This document shows, one piece after another, positions 1 through 13,191 of a stretch of 64,000 nt of DNA. A model generated the notes under the pieces. It saw only the letters and a program-made list of their open reading frames with translations, was not told where the DNA came from and did no database searches. Both the position numbers and the translations under genes were made by a program. Positions within the stretch are counted from its first letter, which is position 1. Each line of letters begins with the position of its first letter. The stretch spans positions 97,650,001 through 97,714,000 of the forward strand of contig OX597814.1 in assembly GCA_951406725.2 (NCBI GenBank), written 5' to 3'. Source of the DNA: Octopus vulgaris. Its lineage: Eukaryota.

Positions 1-675
1 TGTATAAATTAGAAAGATAGACAGAAGCAGAGGAGGAGTTATAGTGATAAGTATAAAGGTCCATCTGTCTTTCAACTTCCATATTCGCTCGAAGAATATT
101 GTTTTTATAGCCAAGTTTCTACTTCCACACTACCTAATCCTGATGAGGAAGTTGGAGTTCTTAATCCCGATGAAGAAGATTCCGATTTCTCTAAGCACTT
201 ATTGGCAACAATTTATATTATGCTTACATAAGCGTTTTATAACCTATTCTTTATAAATGCGCGCGTGTGTTTGTGTGTGCCTGCGCTTGTGCGCGTACAT
301 GTACGTATAAATGCAAGTATATATGTGTGCGCGTATGTGTATTCTATGTAAGAATGACAAGTGTCCCAAATACTGGTATTTGCACTCCTCATGTTTTATT
401 ATTATTTTGACCTACAAATGTTTATGAGTTAACTTTTGTTGATGTAAACCAACAAAACTTTCCTTAGAATCCGCAGCTTGCTCTGTTAATTTATAGTTCA
501 TTCGAAACTAAATAGAAATACGGATATCGAAAGATCTTGTTGCTGTAAATTGTAACATTAGGTTTTATATTTTGTGTAGTCTTCGAAAATTATCAGTTAA
601 TTAAAACAGCCATTAGAAGCTTTGGGTCTTTTATTTCTTTTCTTTTCTTTTCTTTTTTGCATTATAGATATTACT

Positions 676-883
676 GATTTCAAATTTTGACACTAGGTCA
701 GCAATTTCGGGGGAGGGGAAAGGTCATTTACGTCTTAAATGGTTAATTGGTACTTCCTTTATCGATCTCGAAGGATGGAAGGCAAAGTCGACCTCTTCAG
801 AATTTGAACTCAGAATGTAAAGACGGACGAAATGACACTAAACATTTTGTCTGGCGTACTAACGATTCTACCAGCTTGCCACC
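676..883 (-). mobile_element. tRNA-derived SINE, family A (octopus OK/OR-like)
   Basis: Reverse complement of GGCGGCGAGCTGGCAGAA..GAGTTCAAATTCC(B box)..GTCGACTTTGCCTTTCATCC core. Confidence 0.8.
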
Positions 884-1058
884 TTGATTATAGGTAATAT
901 TAGATGATGAACTCATGTCATCTATCTACTTCATTTTCTTGGGGTAAATAAAATAAGCGGTTAAAAAGTTTACTTTGCTGCCATGTCGTTCGATTCCGGT
1001 TAGTTGTCCTTTGGCATGTGTTTTCAAGTTTTGCTTTGGGTTTGTCATGACCTTGTAA

Positions 1059-1272
1059 CTGATCTTAAAAGGTGGTGGCAATATTCACGTGAACAGAGAA
1101 AATAATTGCAATGTTCTGCCAGGCAGCATTTATTTCTAATTAGATTATTTCGGTTCAACTATTTAGAAATGCAAGATTGTTTTGAGTATAACTTCTCTTC
1201 ATGATGCCCTATCAATTAAAATTATTTTCCATCTTTTTTCACGTGAATATCGCCACCACTTTTTAAGATCAG
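1059..1272. mobile_element. MITE-like element with ~50-bp imperfect TIRs
   Basis: ctgatcttaaaaggtggtggcaatattcacgtgaa ... ttcacgtgaatatcgccaccactttttaagatcag. Confidence 0.7.
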
Positions 1273-1580
1273 ATCCATAGAGCATCCAAACCGGCTACAA
1301 CTGGCCAAAATATCAACCTACAATGGCCTCCTAAAAGTAAACAACCACATCGTCGAAATCTCGAAACGATGAGATAATACAGGACTAATTCAAAACAATG
1401 TGAATTCATAAGCATTAAATTTGACTGGATAATATGAATGTTAAATTATTAAGGCAGTATTCTCATCTTCGGTTTGTAAAGAATTCGTTTGTAGAAATAC
1501 AGCTCTACATATTGTAGTAGACGTCTTAGAATTCTTCCATCACTGACACGAACATCATAGTCGACTAGCCTCAGAATATT

Positions 1581-4254
1581 TGTTGTGTGTAGTTTGGGTT
1601 CTAATGGGATAGACAACCAAATGAAAACCATTGTTATTGTTACGTGTTTATTGACTTTTCATGTTACAAGGACTCGACATTCAGCGTAGTAATACACTAT
1701 ATACTCTACACACAGTTTGTACTATTCACTAACAAAATAGTGCCAAGAGTGGGGATGCACGTATACACATAGATATGAATGTGTAACATCCCCTCTTCTT
1801 GAAAAAAAATAAAGGGGTCTTCTGGCAGTGAAGACAATTATGAGTAGTCTCCCTTGCTCTATGGATTGTCAGCCTGAGGTGGAAATCCTACAGCAGAAGT
1901 CGTGAGATTATTCTGCCTCTGCTTTGTAGTCTAGCTGAATTAGATACTTCTCTTTTCATCTTCTTTTTTTCTTTCTTTAACGGTATCGAACCGGTGGCAG
2001 AATGTTCTTTCTCCATCTGGTGGATCTTGTGCTTCGCACCGTGTCTGAGGTGTGTTGTTGGGCTGCTGATAGGTGGTTTGTGCACGTTGGGGTGATGATT
2101 CTGTGGATGTTGTCACTAATGCAGCAGGTGTTGTACACGTTGTCCTCAACAGCTCTGGTGTTGGGCGGATGTGGGCCCTGTTGCGTCTCAGCTGCCTACC
2201 AGATTCCGTTTCTATTATATATGATCTTGGAGTTTCAGCTCTACTGACAACCTGTGCTGGGATCCATGTTTTAGTTATGGGATCTTGAGTATGCACATGT
2301 TGTCCTCCAAGTATCTCGGGTAAATATTGTGCATGTTTGTTGTAATACCTCTGTGATTGTTCTTGAGTGGCTGCTAGCTTTGCTCTTGTCTCTTCCTGGT
2401 CAATAGGAGGTTGGATCTTAGTTGGCAGGGTAGTTTTATACTTCCTGCCATTCAGCAATTCTGCTGGGGATTTCATATCAGCTCTCAGTGGTGTCGCTCG
2501 TAGGGACAGAAGTGCCAGGTGTGGGTCTTACTTAGTCTCTCGGCATTTGACTAGTGTTCTCTTCACTGTCTGCACCTGTCTTTCTATAAACCCATGGCCC
2601 TCTGTGAATAGATCTACTCCAATAGTTTGCCATGGCCTTCTTGGGATGTCACTAGATATCATTTCCTCCTTTTGTTGTGAGGTTCTGTACTTTTGGCAGA
2701 TGCGGCATGTAGAAACTGTCTTTTCTATGTCTTTGTACATGCCTACCCAATATACTGCTGACTTAGCTCGGAGCTGCATTTTTCCATTCCGAGATGCCCT
2801 TGGTGGATCTTGTCAAGAATCTCTTCTTGCATTGACTTGGGTATAATGATTCGGGATCCAGCCATCAGGATTCCATCCTCCACTGATATATCATCATGAA
2901 TGGCCCAATATTCACGAATTAGGGGCTGTACCTGATGTCTCTTTTCTGGCCACCCCTGAATCACCATCTGTGTAAGGAGCTGAAGTTCTTCATCTTTGCT
3001 GGTCTCCTCTTTGATTTCCACTAGCTTTGTGGTTGTCACATTTACAATGTGGTAGACCTTTATGCTTAGTCCTTCCATCTCCTGTTTGTTTGTGATTGGT
3101 GGTCGGTCTTTAATAAGCATATCACAGTCAATCCTGCTTGGAGCTGCTTTCACTTCACCATTGACCGACACAATATTTAACCTCCTGCAGGTATCGAGTC
3201 CAAGAATTGCTGGCCTTTCTGTTCTTGTGACATAAAAGAACACTTAATTATTTTTCCTTTGTGTGTCCCTGTGATAGTTGTTTTACCCAGTTGTGGAATC
3301 CTGGTTCCTCCGTACGCAGTGAGGACCACATCACTTGGTGTGAGGATTCCTTTCCTGACCCTATCCTCTTCTGTCATATTTTCTGGGAACATCTTCTTGT
3401 ATAAGCTGACAGGCAAGATATCACTCTGGGCCCCAGTGTCTATCTTCAGCCTTAAGTCAATGTTCATTCTTTTCCTTCCGGCCTTCTTTTGAATTCTTAT
3501 TGTCGTGTATGCCTCATCTTCTTTCTTCCGGTCGTCCTTTCCCATCTCATGCACATTTATTATGCCGACTGCCAAGAATTCCTCCTCTGATGTGCTTTGT
3601 TCCTGTTGTTGTGCATGTATATCTCTTCTATTTCTGCTCCTCTGAAAATTGGGGCTTGTATCTCTGGGATTTTGTTACCCTACACATTTTTTCCCAGAGG
3701 TTAAGTTTTCCACATCCTTTGCAGTGTGTACCGAATGCAGGACATTTTTTCCGGTTATTAAATTCATGCTCTGTACCACAGTACTGGCATGTTCTTTGTT
3801 TGTGGGTATGTGTCCTGTGCCTAGATACAGTATCTACACTGCTACCTAGTGAGCTTGTTTGTAAGCTAAGTGAGGCCATCTGTTTATGTAGATTCATCTG
3901 TACGGCGACGGGGGTCGCCATCTTGGATCGTCGTGTATGTTGTCCGAAGACGAAGCGATGTTTTGTTTGTTACTTTCCTGGTTCGTTGCGTTTCTGATTT
4001 GTTGTAAAGGCACAGTTTCCGTTTAATTATTTACCGCTGCCACCATGTTATGCGCAGTTTGGGTTCTAATGGGATAGACAACCAAATGAAAACCATTGTT
4101 ATTGTTTACGTGTTTATTGACTTTTCATGTTACACGGACTCGACATTCAGCGTAGTAATATACTATATACTCTACACACAGTTTGTACTATTCACTAACA
4201 AAATAGTGCCAAGAGTGGGGATGCACGTATACACATAGATATGAATGTGTAACA
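1581..4254 (-). mobile_element. Non-autonomous Ty3/Gypsy LTR retrotransposon, copy 1 (gag/protease/integrase fragments, no RT/RNaseH)
   Basis: LTRs 1581-1788 and 4046-4254 (TGTT..AACA; about 5 substitutions plus 1 indel). tRNA-Leu PBS TGGTGGCAGCGGT at 4033-4045; PPT at 1789-1800; near-TSD ATATT/CTATT. Protease IDTGA, CCHC knuckles and integrase HHCC present; frameshifted. Confidence 0.95.
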
Positions 4255-4586
4255 CTATTATATCGCAAGAGAGCTTTCATTTCTATATTTTATAACTCCT
4301 TCGTCTCAACATCATTCACATAGTATCTACGAAAATATGTTCAAAATTCGTCAAAGATACTTTTGATGAAAGCACTCCATCATTTTAACATGTTTTAAAT
4401 ATAGTGGCCATGTTTCACAACCATATAGCAAAACAGATAAAATGCATACTGTGAAAAGAATTGCTGAGATGATAGCGAAAATTTTCTAAACGTGTTCCTC
4501 GATTATGTTTTCAATTTCGCTGTCTTCAAGATTTGCAACTATGCCTAGCATATTCCAAGACATTACGATTATATATGCATACGTTT

Positions 4587-4760
4587 AATACATACATATA
4601 TACATACATGCATACATACATGCATACATACATACATACATACATACATACATACATACATACATACATACATACATACATACATACGTACGTACGTACG
4701 TACGTACGTACGTACGTACATACATACATACATACATACATACATACATACATACATACA

Positions 4761-4790
<30 letters not shown>
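4587..4790. repeat. (TACA)n microsatellite with central (TACG)n block
   Basis: Direct inspection; source of the spurious MYVC/HTYI ORFs. Confidence 0.95.
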
Positions 4791-4791
<1 letters not shown>

Positions 4792-5596
4792 GTCTATGTA
4801 TGTATGCATGTATGCACAAATATACGTATGTGTTGGTTGAGCTGTCGATGCATACACCCAAGTGTGTGCATGTATTCACCTAAAGAATCTTAGTTGTAGA
4901 ATTTTTGGAATGACTTACGAATCTTCACTGTGCCTCTAATAGACTGGATTTGGAGAAGCCACGTCAGTTTTTTTTTTTTTTTTGCTTTTTTTTGCCTCTT
5001 CTTTGTAAAACCTAGTACTTCTAGGTTTTTGTATAAATTTACTGGTACAGAACCTAATGCACCAATGAATTTATAGTCAGGATACAAGAGCTGTAAGTTC
5101 CGCATTAATTCACCATAAATGTTCTCTTTTTCCTGAACTTTTGATTATATTTTCACATCAGCCTGGCAGCTTACCTCTACAACAATACATGACTTTTGCT
5201 CCCTGTCCCATAGAACAATATCAGGTTTGTTATGTTTGCACCGAATTGCTGTTTTTAGTGGACCGTTCCACCAGTATTCTTTGTTTTTAAAGGTGTGAAT
5301 ACATGCTGGTTCTGACATGCCTTTGATGTATACCTCAGGGCAATCCTTCATGCTAGTAGCAATGTAGATAGTCTTTGAAACAATATCATGCTTAAGGGGT
5401 AGGTAGTATCTTGTAGATATTTTGGGGCAGCTGCTGATAATGTGAGTAATATCTTCCACACTGTTAGAGCAGACCGACATTTTTTATTACAACGTGGAGC
5501 TTTGGTGGTATCTTTGTCTCAAAGTCATGTACCTGTCACAGGTCCAGGAGAGGTTGCTCTTCCTGTCAATGCTATTGTTATTCTCTAGCTTACAAA

Positions 5597-6127
5597 ATAT
5601 TTTCCTGAGTCTACTCTTTCGTTATTCTGACTTCAGAAACAGCATCAACGTATGCAACATTCTCATCAATTCCGTGATACTTGTAGCTTTCATCATTAGA
5701 GATAGGGAAGATTGACAATAATGTACATATTCTCTGTCTTGTCGACAATTTTCCCTCGGTTCACTATCATGCATGAGCATTATTTTGCCCAAACTTAATT
5801 CCTGTATCACGTGAGAATGTTTTGACTAGTTATAAATGTCTCTTGATGTTGTTCATGTTATTAGAAGATAACTTTAGGTCATCAGTAAAAAATGTGGGGT
5901 GACATTAATTTTATTCTTTTTTTGCATATCCCTAGATATCCGGGGCTGACAAGTGGTTCACCCACCCTGGAATATGCCTGTTGGTAGCTTAAATCTGTTT
6001 GTAACAATAGGTGTTGCTTTAGTGGTTGTCAATGATAATCGTATGAACCCTGTTCTGGTCTGTCTTTCAATGACATTCACTATAGCATCTTGTACTTTGG
6101 CAAGGTATTGGGATTCTATCATCCATG
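5597..6127. repeat. 531-bp near-identical direct copy of 7483-8013
   Basis: Identical 62-aa ORFs at offset 1886; I saw only about 2 mismatches. Confidence 0.95.
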
Positions 6128-6289
6128 CATCACTTTTTGCTGGTATGATACAGTCCATCCTTCTTTGGGTTGGACGAGACAGTTGTATTCTCGGAGTACC
6201 GGCTCGGTAGTTCTCCAACTCTCAAGATGTTGTAGCTCTCACTTTTGAGCATGCATGGAAAGTATTCATTTCTTCCTTTACTACTTCTT

Positions 6290-6519
6290 ATTTCTTTATT
6301 GCCCACAAGGAGCTAAATATAGAGGGGACAAACAAGGACAGACAAAGGGATTAAGTCGATTACATCGACCCCAGTGCGTAACTGGTACTTAATTTATCGA
6401 CCCCGAAAGGATGAAAGGCAAAGTCGACCTCGGCGGAATTTGAACTCAGAACGTAGCGGCAGACGAAATACCGCAATACATTTCGCCCGGCGTGCTAACG
6501 TTTCTGCCAATTCGCCGCC
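6290..6519 (-). mobile_element. SINE family A, young copy inserted in the LINE
   Basis: Full length with 12-bp TSD TTACTACTTCTT (6278-6289, 6520-6531). Confidence 0.92.
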
Positions 6520-9500
6520 TTACTACTTCTTTCTACTTCTTTCGTTCAGTAGGTATTGTCCGAGTGATACAATATGACATTCAAAGGTTGTATGGACTGA
6601 CCTTATGCCTTAACCGCCATCACTTCGTCTCACAATGTATTTCACTCATGATTATTATATTATTCGTTAAATTAAATTCAATCGTGTTTTGTTTCGGAGA
6701 GAATTGAAAATTAAACTTTCCCTCTTTTTATTATAGTAGTAACTATGAAAGACTGGTGGAATTATTATTTGTATGGACTTAAAGATTGGTCGCTATTTAG
6801 TATATAATTTCGTTATTATAGGTTTACTATTAATACCGATACAGATGTACATAGATTTATGTGTTTCTTTGTTGTAGTTTAATTTTAAAGTTAGTGTTTA
6901 ATCCTGCCTATATCTAGATTGAATAAATGTGGTTATTAAGCTTCCACTTTTATATTATACTATGGAAGACTGTAGGGAATATTTTTTGTATGACTTAAAG
7001 GTTTGGTAGCTGTTTAGTTGCATATTTAGGAGTTGGTTATAGACTTACTTAATGAACTTTATTTACCGATACTGTTGTACAAAGGGTAAATGTGTTTGGA
7101 AGTTGTGGTTTCATTGGTATGTTTGTTCCCAAAAACCACTTATTTTAGTGCTGCTGACACCGCCGGATTGAATGGTACTGCCCAGATATCGAAACCATAA
7201 TGATATCTGTGGGGCAGCTGATGATGGAGGTATGTTGGATTGTTAGTATGGCTGTTTTTGTATATGTGGGATAGTATTATGACACATCTTTTTGATAGAT
7301 TCTTTCAATGTTGCTGTTAATATGGAAGTTGCCAATAGTGGTCAGTACCTTTCTAGCTTTGATGCCCAGGCTGCGTAACTTGTCAAGTATCCAGTCCAAT
7401 ATCCCAAAGGCTGATACTAGCACTGGCACTGCAAAAGCATTGTGATATATGGTCTTGTTAAATGCAAACAGCTCTGAGTTCTATATTTTCCTGAGTCTAC
7501 TCTTTCGTTATTCTGACTTCAGAAACAGCATCAACGTATGCAACATTCTCATCAATTCCGTGATACTTGTAGCTTTCATCATTAGAGATAGGGAAGATTG
7601 ACAATAATGTACATATTCTCTGTCTTGTCGACAATTTTCCCTCGGTTCACTATCATGCATGAGCATTATTTTGCCCAAACTTAATTCCTGTATCACGTGA
7701 GAATGTTTTGACTAGTTATAAATGTCTCTTGATGTTGTTCATGTTATTAGAAGATAACTTTAGGTCATCAGTAAAAAATGTGGGGTGACATTAATTTTAT
7801 TCTTTTTTTGCCTATCCCAAGATATCCGGGGCTGACAAGTGGTTCACCCACCCTGGAATATGCCTGTTGGTAGCTTAAATCTGTTTGTAACAATAGGTGT
7901 TGCTTTAGTGGTTGTCAATGATAATCGTATGAACCCTGTTCTGGTCTGTCTTTCAATGACATTCACTATAGCATCTTGTACTTTGGCAAGGTATTGGGAT
8001 TCTATCATCCATGTTTAAGGCACAGAGTCGAACACCTTGTAGTCTAGCCATATTGTCAAGAGATCTACGGCGTTGTTTCTTGACTTCCTTAAGAACAGCT
8101 TTGTTGAGGAAGAGCTATTCAGAACAGTCTCAGATTACTTTCTTTGCATCTGCCCGTTCATCAGTTATCACATCATTTGTTTGGCACTGGTCTTGGAGAA
8201 ACATAACATATTGTGTTATGTACAGTTTGTAGATAACATTCAAACGTGCTATGGGCCTATAGTTTTTGGTCACAAGGTTCTTTTCGTTCTTGGGGAAAAT
8301 AGTAGTCCGTACAACCGTCAGCCAATCTAGTATATCTAACTCAGCGTCAATTGTGTTTCGTAATTTCCCTCTAAAACATGAGCTTTTTATACTAGTAGCC
8401 TACTATCAGGTAATTTTCTATTCTGTAATTTTGTAATTAACGCCAGGTAACATCACTGATGATGTTATATGTTTTAGGAGAGGCTGTTTTAGGATTGTGC
8501 TCTTTGTTTATATTCTAGATTTCCTGCCAGAATGACCGTAGATATTCCTAGGAAGGAGCATTTGCTACCTTGATAGTATCGCCTTTCCTACTGCGATATA
8601 CAACTTGTGGGTTTGGGGCAAACTTATGGTTTATCATTTTCGTTCATGTAATATTTTATAATATCTAAGTTTTTCACTTACCGCCCGTAGATCTCGCTGG
8701 AGGATGATCAATTTGCTTGAGTGTATCTCGGTGGCAATGCCCATACAGTTTGGAGAATCTATAATACAGTGGTATCTGGGGATTCGTGAACTCATTTACA
8801 TTTGATTAAGGGTGGTAATTCTTTGAATAATACTGAGTCAAGAATCTTTTACTCTCATCTGTTGGTGCACAGTTACTGAGGCACAACATAGCAGGACATT
8901 TGTTGTCCAAAAGCTCGTAAGTTAGTCGATCACAATTAACATCAGTTCAGTGGGGTTTTTTCCACAACTCGCGTCGGTACTGTTCTCTTATGCAGCGCCT
9001 TATGTATGTAAGTAGTAAAGCTCTGCATGAGCTTCGATGCAAGCTGCGTAGAACTTTATATTCCTCACTTGTTTATGTAGGATCGTGTTTGCCACATGTC
9101 TGTGTCGTGGTGGTGATTTGTTATTGTTTTATTATTCTTGTCGTTCACGGGCGCCTTCACAGGAAATGTTTAGTGTGTTGTTAGTACGAGTATTATCTTT
9201 TGTGCATTTTGAATGAGTGATATTGTTTGGTAAGATGACATATTTAAAAAAATGTAGCTTGCTGCCGTAATTGTTTTTAATGAAAAATTTGAGTGTGTTG
9301 GTTATTTCTTATCCAAATATTCTTTAAATCTCATGTGGCCTATCGAGGGAACTTCCTTAGCCTTTCTATAGAACTTGTATATGTTTTGGTTCAGTTCAAA
9401 AGTCTACTGGAGTCTTTCCCGATAGTTCTGTGACCTGCGATAGCTGAGTCCGGGTTCTTTCGTCGCCATGATCTATGTAAAGAAATTTTTCATGTAGTAT

Positions 9501-10813
9501 ATATTTTACTATTTGATTACTGCTATGATCTTTTCAATAAAGGTTGTTTCTTTGCATTTACTGAGAGCAGATGACCATTTTCTTTTACCAGGCTTGCATT
9601 AATGGCAACAATTATTAGGGATAATATTCATTAACCAGGAGAATGAATTGTCCTCTATGCCAACGTGTCTGTATTCGACGTCATGATTATGTATGTATGT
9701 ATGTATGTATGTATGTATGTATGTATGTATGTATGTATGTATGTATGTATGTGTATGTGTGTGTGTATGTATACATGTATGTATGTATGCATCCATGCAC
9801 GCATGCATGCATGGACACGTGGATGCATACATACAGGCATGAGTCAGCAGGAAATGCAGTGCCCATAACCAGTTACAGGGCCTCCGGAACTGAAAGGAGG
9901 AAGTTATTCTCAAATGGGAAACCTGTTTGGGATGGTTGCAGCGAAGTGAATTTCTCCAAAGGCATCCAAGGCATTAGGTAATGGTATTAACTCAAACGAT
10001 GGGTTAAGTCTACCACTCCTCTCCAACGGGATTTGGATTCGAAGCACAGCGAGTCGGGATAAATACAGGTGAAGCATTCTGTCTAACATTCTTACAGTTC
10101 AACCAAGCTACCGCCTTCGATTGATACTTCTTCCCTAACGTCTTCGAAAGGCTAAAAAGGCAACTTTTACACCAGCGGGAAAATACTTAAAAGAGCACAG
10201 CTAGTCGAAATATCTCGCAAGCCATTTTGTCCGACGCTTTGTAGTCTTTGTCAATTTAAGTGTGTGTGTGTGTGCGCGCGCGCGTGTGTGTAATGCGCAT
10301 AAGTATTTCATAACACGATCACGAAGGTTAACTACAATAACAGTAAACTTTTCTGAATTACAGTTACAGTATAGTTGTCATGAAAAGCATATCTATAATT
10401 TCATTCAAAATGTTATTTAGAAATAGAACTAGAAAAATCATTGTCGTGTTGGGCGTAATACATATTTTAATAAATCTACATTGTTAAAATTATTCTCGTG
10501 TGGGAAAGAAGTGACAGAAAACATGATTTAAAAATACATGATAGAGAATGACAATATCAATCGTTAAAAAGGACTTGCTATACAAGTATGCAACATAAGA
10601 ATGACCAAGCAATTATAAAAGACGGGAGATTTTTCTCAGTCGTAGTTAGACCAAATTAGCGGAACAACAAGGTACCGTGTGGTTCACTCGATTGTTAAAA
10701 CGTGCATAACAAAAAATAGACAAATAAATAAAAAATAAGAAATAATATTCATTTATTGGAATTTCGAAAATGTAAAATGTTAAAACAGAACTAGTTTTGC
10801 TGATATATATATA

Positions 10814-11686
10814 CTAGCTGACGTACCCGGTAATTCCCGGGAAAGCGGGGCTTATCTCTTGGTTCCGTTCTCATAATTGTTTCGCTAATCCAATAACAAC
10901 AATACAAAGTATATAGCCCTTAAAACGGTTTTGTGCGTTAACAGAGAATACTGCCTTACACAGGGTCTTGTTTTTAGGAATTCCAATAAGTTATGAATCC
11001 CAATAAGTTATGAATACCCAAATTGTGAAGTCAGTTATGTAATAACATGAAATTAGTTACCCGATAGTAAGAATTCAAATAAAGTAGCCCCGAAAAGGGC
11101 TTTAATGCGTTCCCAAAGTATATAGAGCATAGGAGGAAATACTAATAAGGTATGTATACTAAAATCATGAAGCATGTTACGTAATAACAGGCTAATCAGC
11201 TATGAGATAATAATAATTCAAAGTAAATAACTCTGAAAAGGGCATTTATGCATTCCCAGAGAATATTACCTTCAGCGGCGCTAGTGTTGGTATATTCGTG
11301 AATAAGTCACTAACCGAAATAAGTGGATTTATTGTTTAGGAAAATACTATTGACTTGCTAAAGGGTTGTACTGGATACATTGCGAAAATAACTCTAACAG
11401 TTCAAATACTAAGAAATAAGCATACTCAATTTGATTTATATCAAATGATTTAGGAAAATGAATGGATTATTTCCCTTGACTGTTAAAATGAAATATATTA
11501 GATATATATAAAGATCCCGTCCAGGAACCTTATCATCGATTTTTTCAACAATCTGAGTATGCCATGAGGTTTCTCGACATGAGTTCTACTCACGTGTCAA
11601 GCTCCATCAAAATTGATAAAACGCTATAGGAGGAGTTAGCTAACAACTCCACAAACACACCCACAGACAGAATTTCCAACGTATAT
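10814..11686 (-). mobile_element. Non-autonomous Helitron
   Basis: Minus-strand 3' end CCCGG-gaatta-CCGGG hairpin, then tacgtcagCTAG|T. Internal divergent ~150-170-bp tandem units. Related to 47720-48533. Confidence 0.75.
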
Positions 11687-12107
11687 TGTTGTTGACATCC
11701 TTTTGTCTCGGGAGACAATGGAGCTGCGCATAAACTAATCCAATCTAGTTTTTACATTCCATGTCTTCTCCAGTTTTGCGCAAGCCTGGGCTAAATGTAA
11801 GAAAATCCTGGGTCGACCAATCGTCAGGATTACTCTCTCGGCCTTGCTGACGTAGTCCAAAGGAGTGCGGAGCATTACGTTTAGCACCAGCTTTGTTGCA
11901 GGAGCTGCAGGAAGATTGTTGAGTCGAACACTAAACAGCCTACGAGGCTCCACTCTGGATTTCTTTGAAGGTTGTCTCCTTTCCGTAACCCTGGATAGGG
12001 GCCCATACCGGGTACTGTCAGCCGGTGCCAGGTGAGCCCGGGACTCGTGTCATGCAGGGTCGTGACTCCCTGAAGTAATAAAGAAAATCGCACCCACTAC
12101 CTATCCC
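11687..12107 (-). mobile_element. Short internally deleted RTE-clade retroelement (5' UTR plus 3' end)
   Basis: 8-bp TSD ACGTATAT; (CAA)n tail; 3' stem TTGTCTC-cc-GAGACAA followed by GGATG. The 5' part resembles RTE 5' UTRs as I recall them. Confidence 0.7.
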
Positions 12108-12109
12108 AC

Positions 12110-12159
<50 letters not shown>

Positions 12160-12161
<2 letters not shown>

Positions 12162-12320
12162 GAGTGGCTATGTGGTAAGTAGCTTGTGTACCAACCACAT
12201 GCTTCCGGGCTCAGTCCCACTGCGTGGCACCTTAGGTAAGTGTCTTCCACTATAGTTTCGGGCCGACCAAAGCCTTGTGAGCGGATTTGGTAGACGGAAA
12301 CTGAAAGAGGCCCGTCATGT
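12160..12320 (+). mobile_element. tRNA-derived SINE, family B (MetaSINE-like core)
   Basis: A/B-box head plus GTGTCTT..CTATAG..GGGCCGACCAAAGCCTTGTGAG.GGATTTGGTAGACGGAAACTG core. Confidence 0.8.
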
Positions 12321-13151
12321 ATATATATATATATTTATATCAACAATACTATGTATTGATTACTAATTACTAATATTATGTGCAAGAATTCCCTTTGGTT
12401 GAGTTCACAGGGTACTGGTTTTCTATTACAAGAGCCCGAACGTAGTTTTTGCGTGCTTTCCATTCCTTCCAAGCTAAGATACTTAACTCTTTAGACCCTC
12501 TTTTCCTAATATGGAGAACATGATAACTACATACTGATATAAAAGCAGGAGCGTTGTATAACTTATGAATGTTTATCTTCCAGAGCCCAAATCAATTTCT
12601 TCTGAATACAGTTTAGAGGGGAATGGGCTTCACCGAAATAACTTGTTCTTTGGAACGAGCATCGTTAGTGACATCTCAGAGTGTTAGTTTTTTTTTTTTT
12701 CTTTTTTTTTTTTCAAGAACACGTCGTTAGCTAGCAGCAACTGATTTCAAAACTTCTCTGACATAGGTGCACTTTCGAAATCTTTTCGCTGGTAAAATGA
12801 ACAACATCAGTACACTCATGTAGGTTCATATTGCATTACTCTAACCACAGGGTTTGTGGTTGCTTGAGTAAAATCAAGAACGGATTAAGTGAATTCGGAA
12901 AATATTGACTGAGTAACATACGGTATTGTTGTAAACAGTTTGTGATGTCTGATTTACTTTTCAGTCTATTGTTTTCTCTTTCCATAAACATAAAATAAGC
13001 TACAATAAAATAACATAATTAGGCCAATTATTTTCATAAAAATATTTTTATAATACGCAAGCATATATTAAAAATGTAACATTATAAACTATATCGGTTC
13101 ATATATTGATTCATGCATTGAAATCTAAACAAAATGAAAAATTATGAAATA

Positions 13152-13157
13152 TTTATT
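13152..13157 (-). terminator. Candidate polyadenylation signal AATAAA of the Cys-rich gene
   Basis: tttatt on + strand just downstream of the stop. The hexamer is common in AT-rich DNA. Confidence 0.35.
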
Positions 13158-13191
13158 TCAAAATGTATTGGAATTTTTGGCAGGAAGCGTT

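Larger units (their letters stand above)
4815..9686 (-). mobile_element. Degenerate R4/Dong-like non-LTR retrotransposon (RT plus C-terminal restriction-like endonuclease), interrupted by insertions
   Basis: ORF 5145..5480 has a CCHC remnant (C..VEDITHIISSC), KHD and KPDIVLWD..IVVEVSC (PD-D/ExK). RT motif GIFQG present. Collinear with 55430-58110. Confidence 0.85.

Noticed and set aside
1-230. DRSRGGV motif suggesting a LINE APE fragment
   Set aside because: Too short and degenerate at the window edge to support.
4526-4883. ORFs of MYVC/HTYI repeats, and similar YIYI, ERER, poly-T/V and CVCV ORFs throughout
   Set aside because: Translations of microsatellites, not genes.
12838-12999. Possible extra minus-strand exon downstream of the stop
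   Set aside because: Acceptor-like site only; no donor links it to the model. More likely 3' UTR or intergenic.
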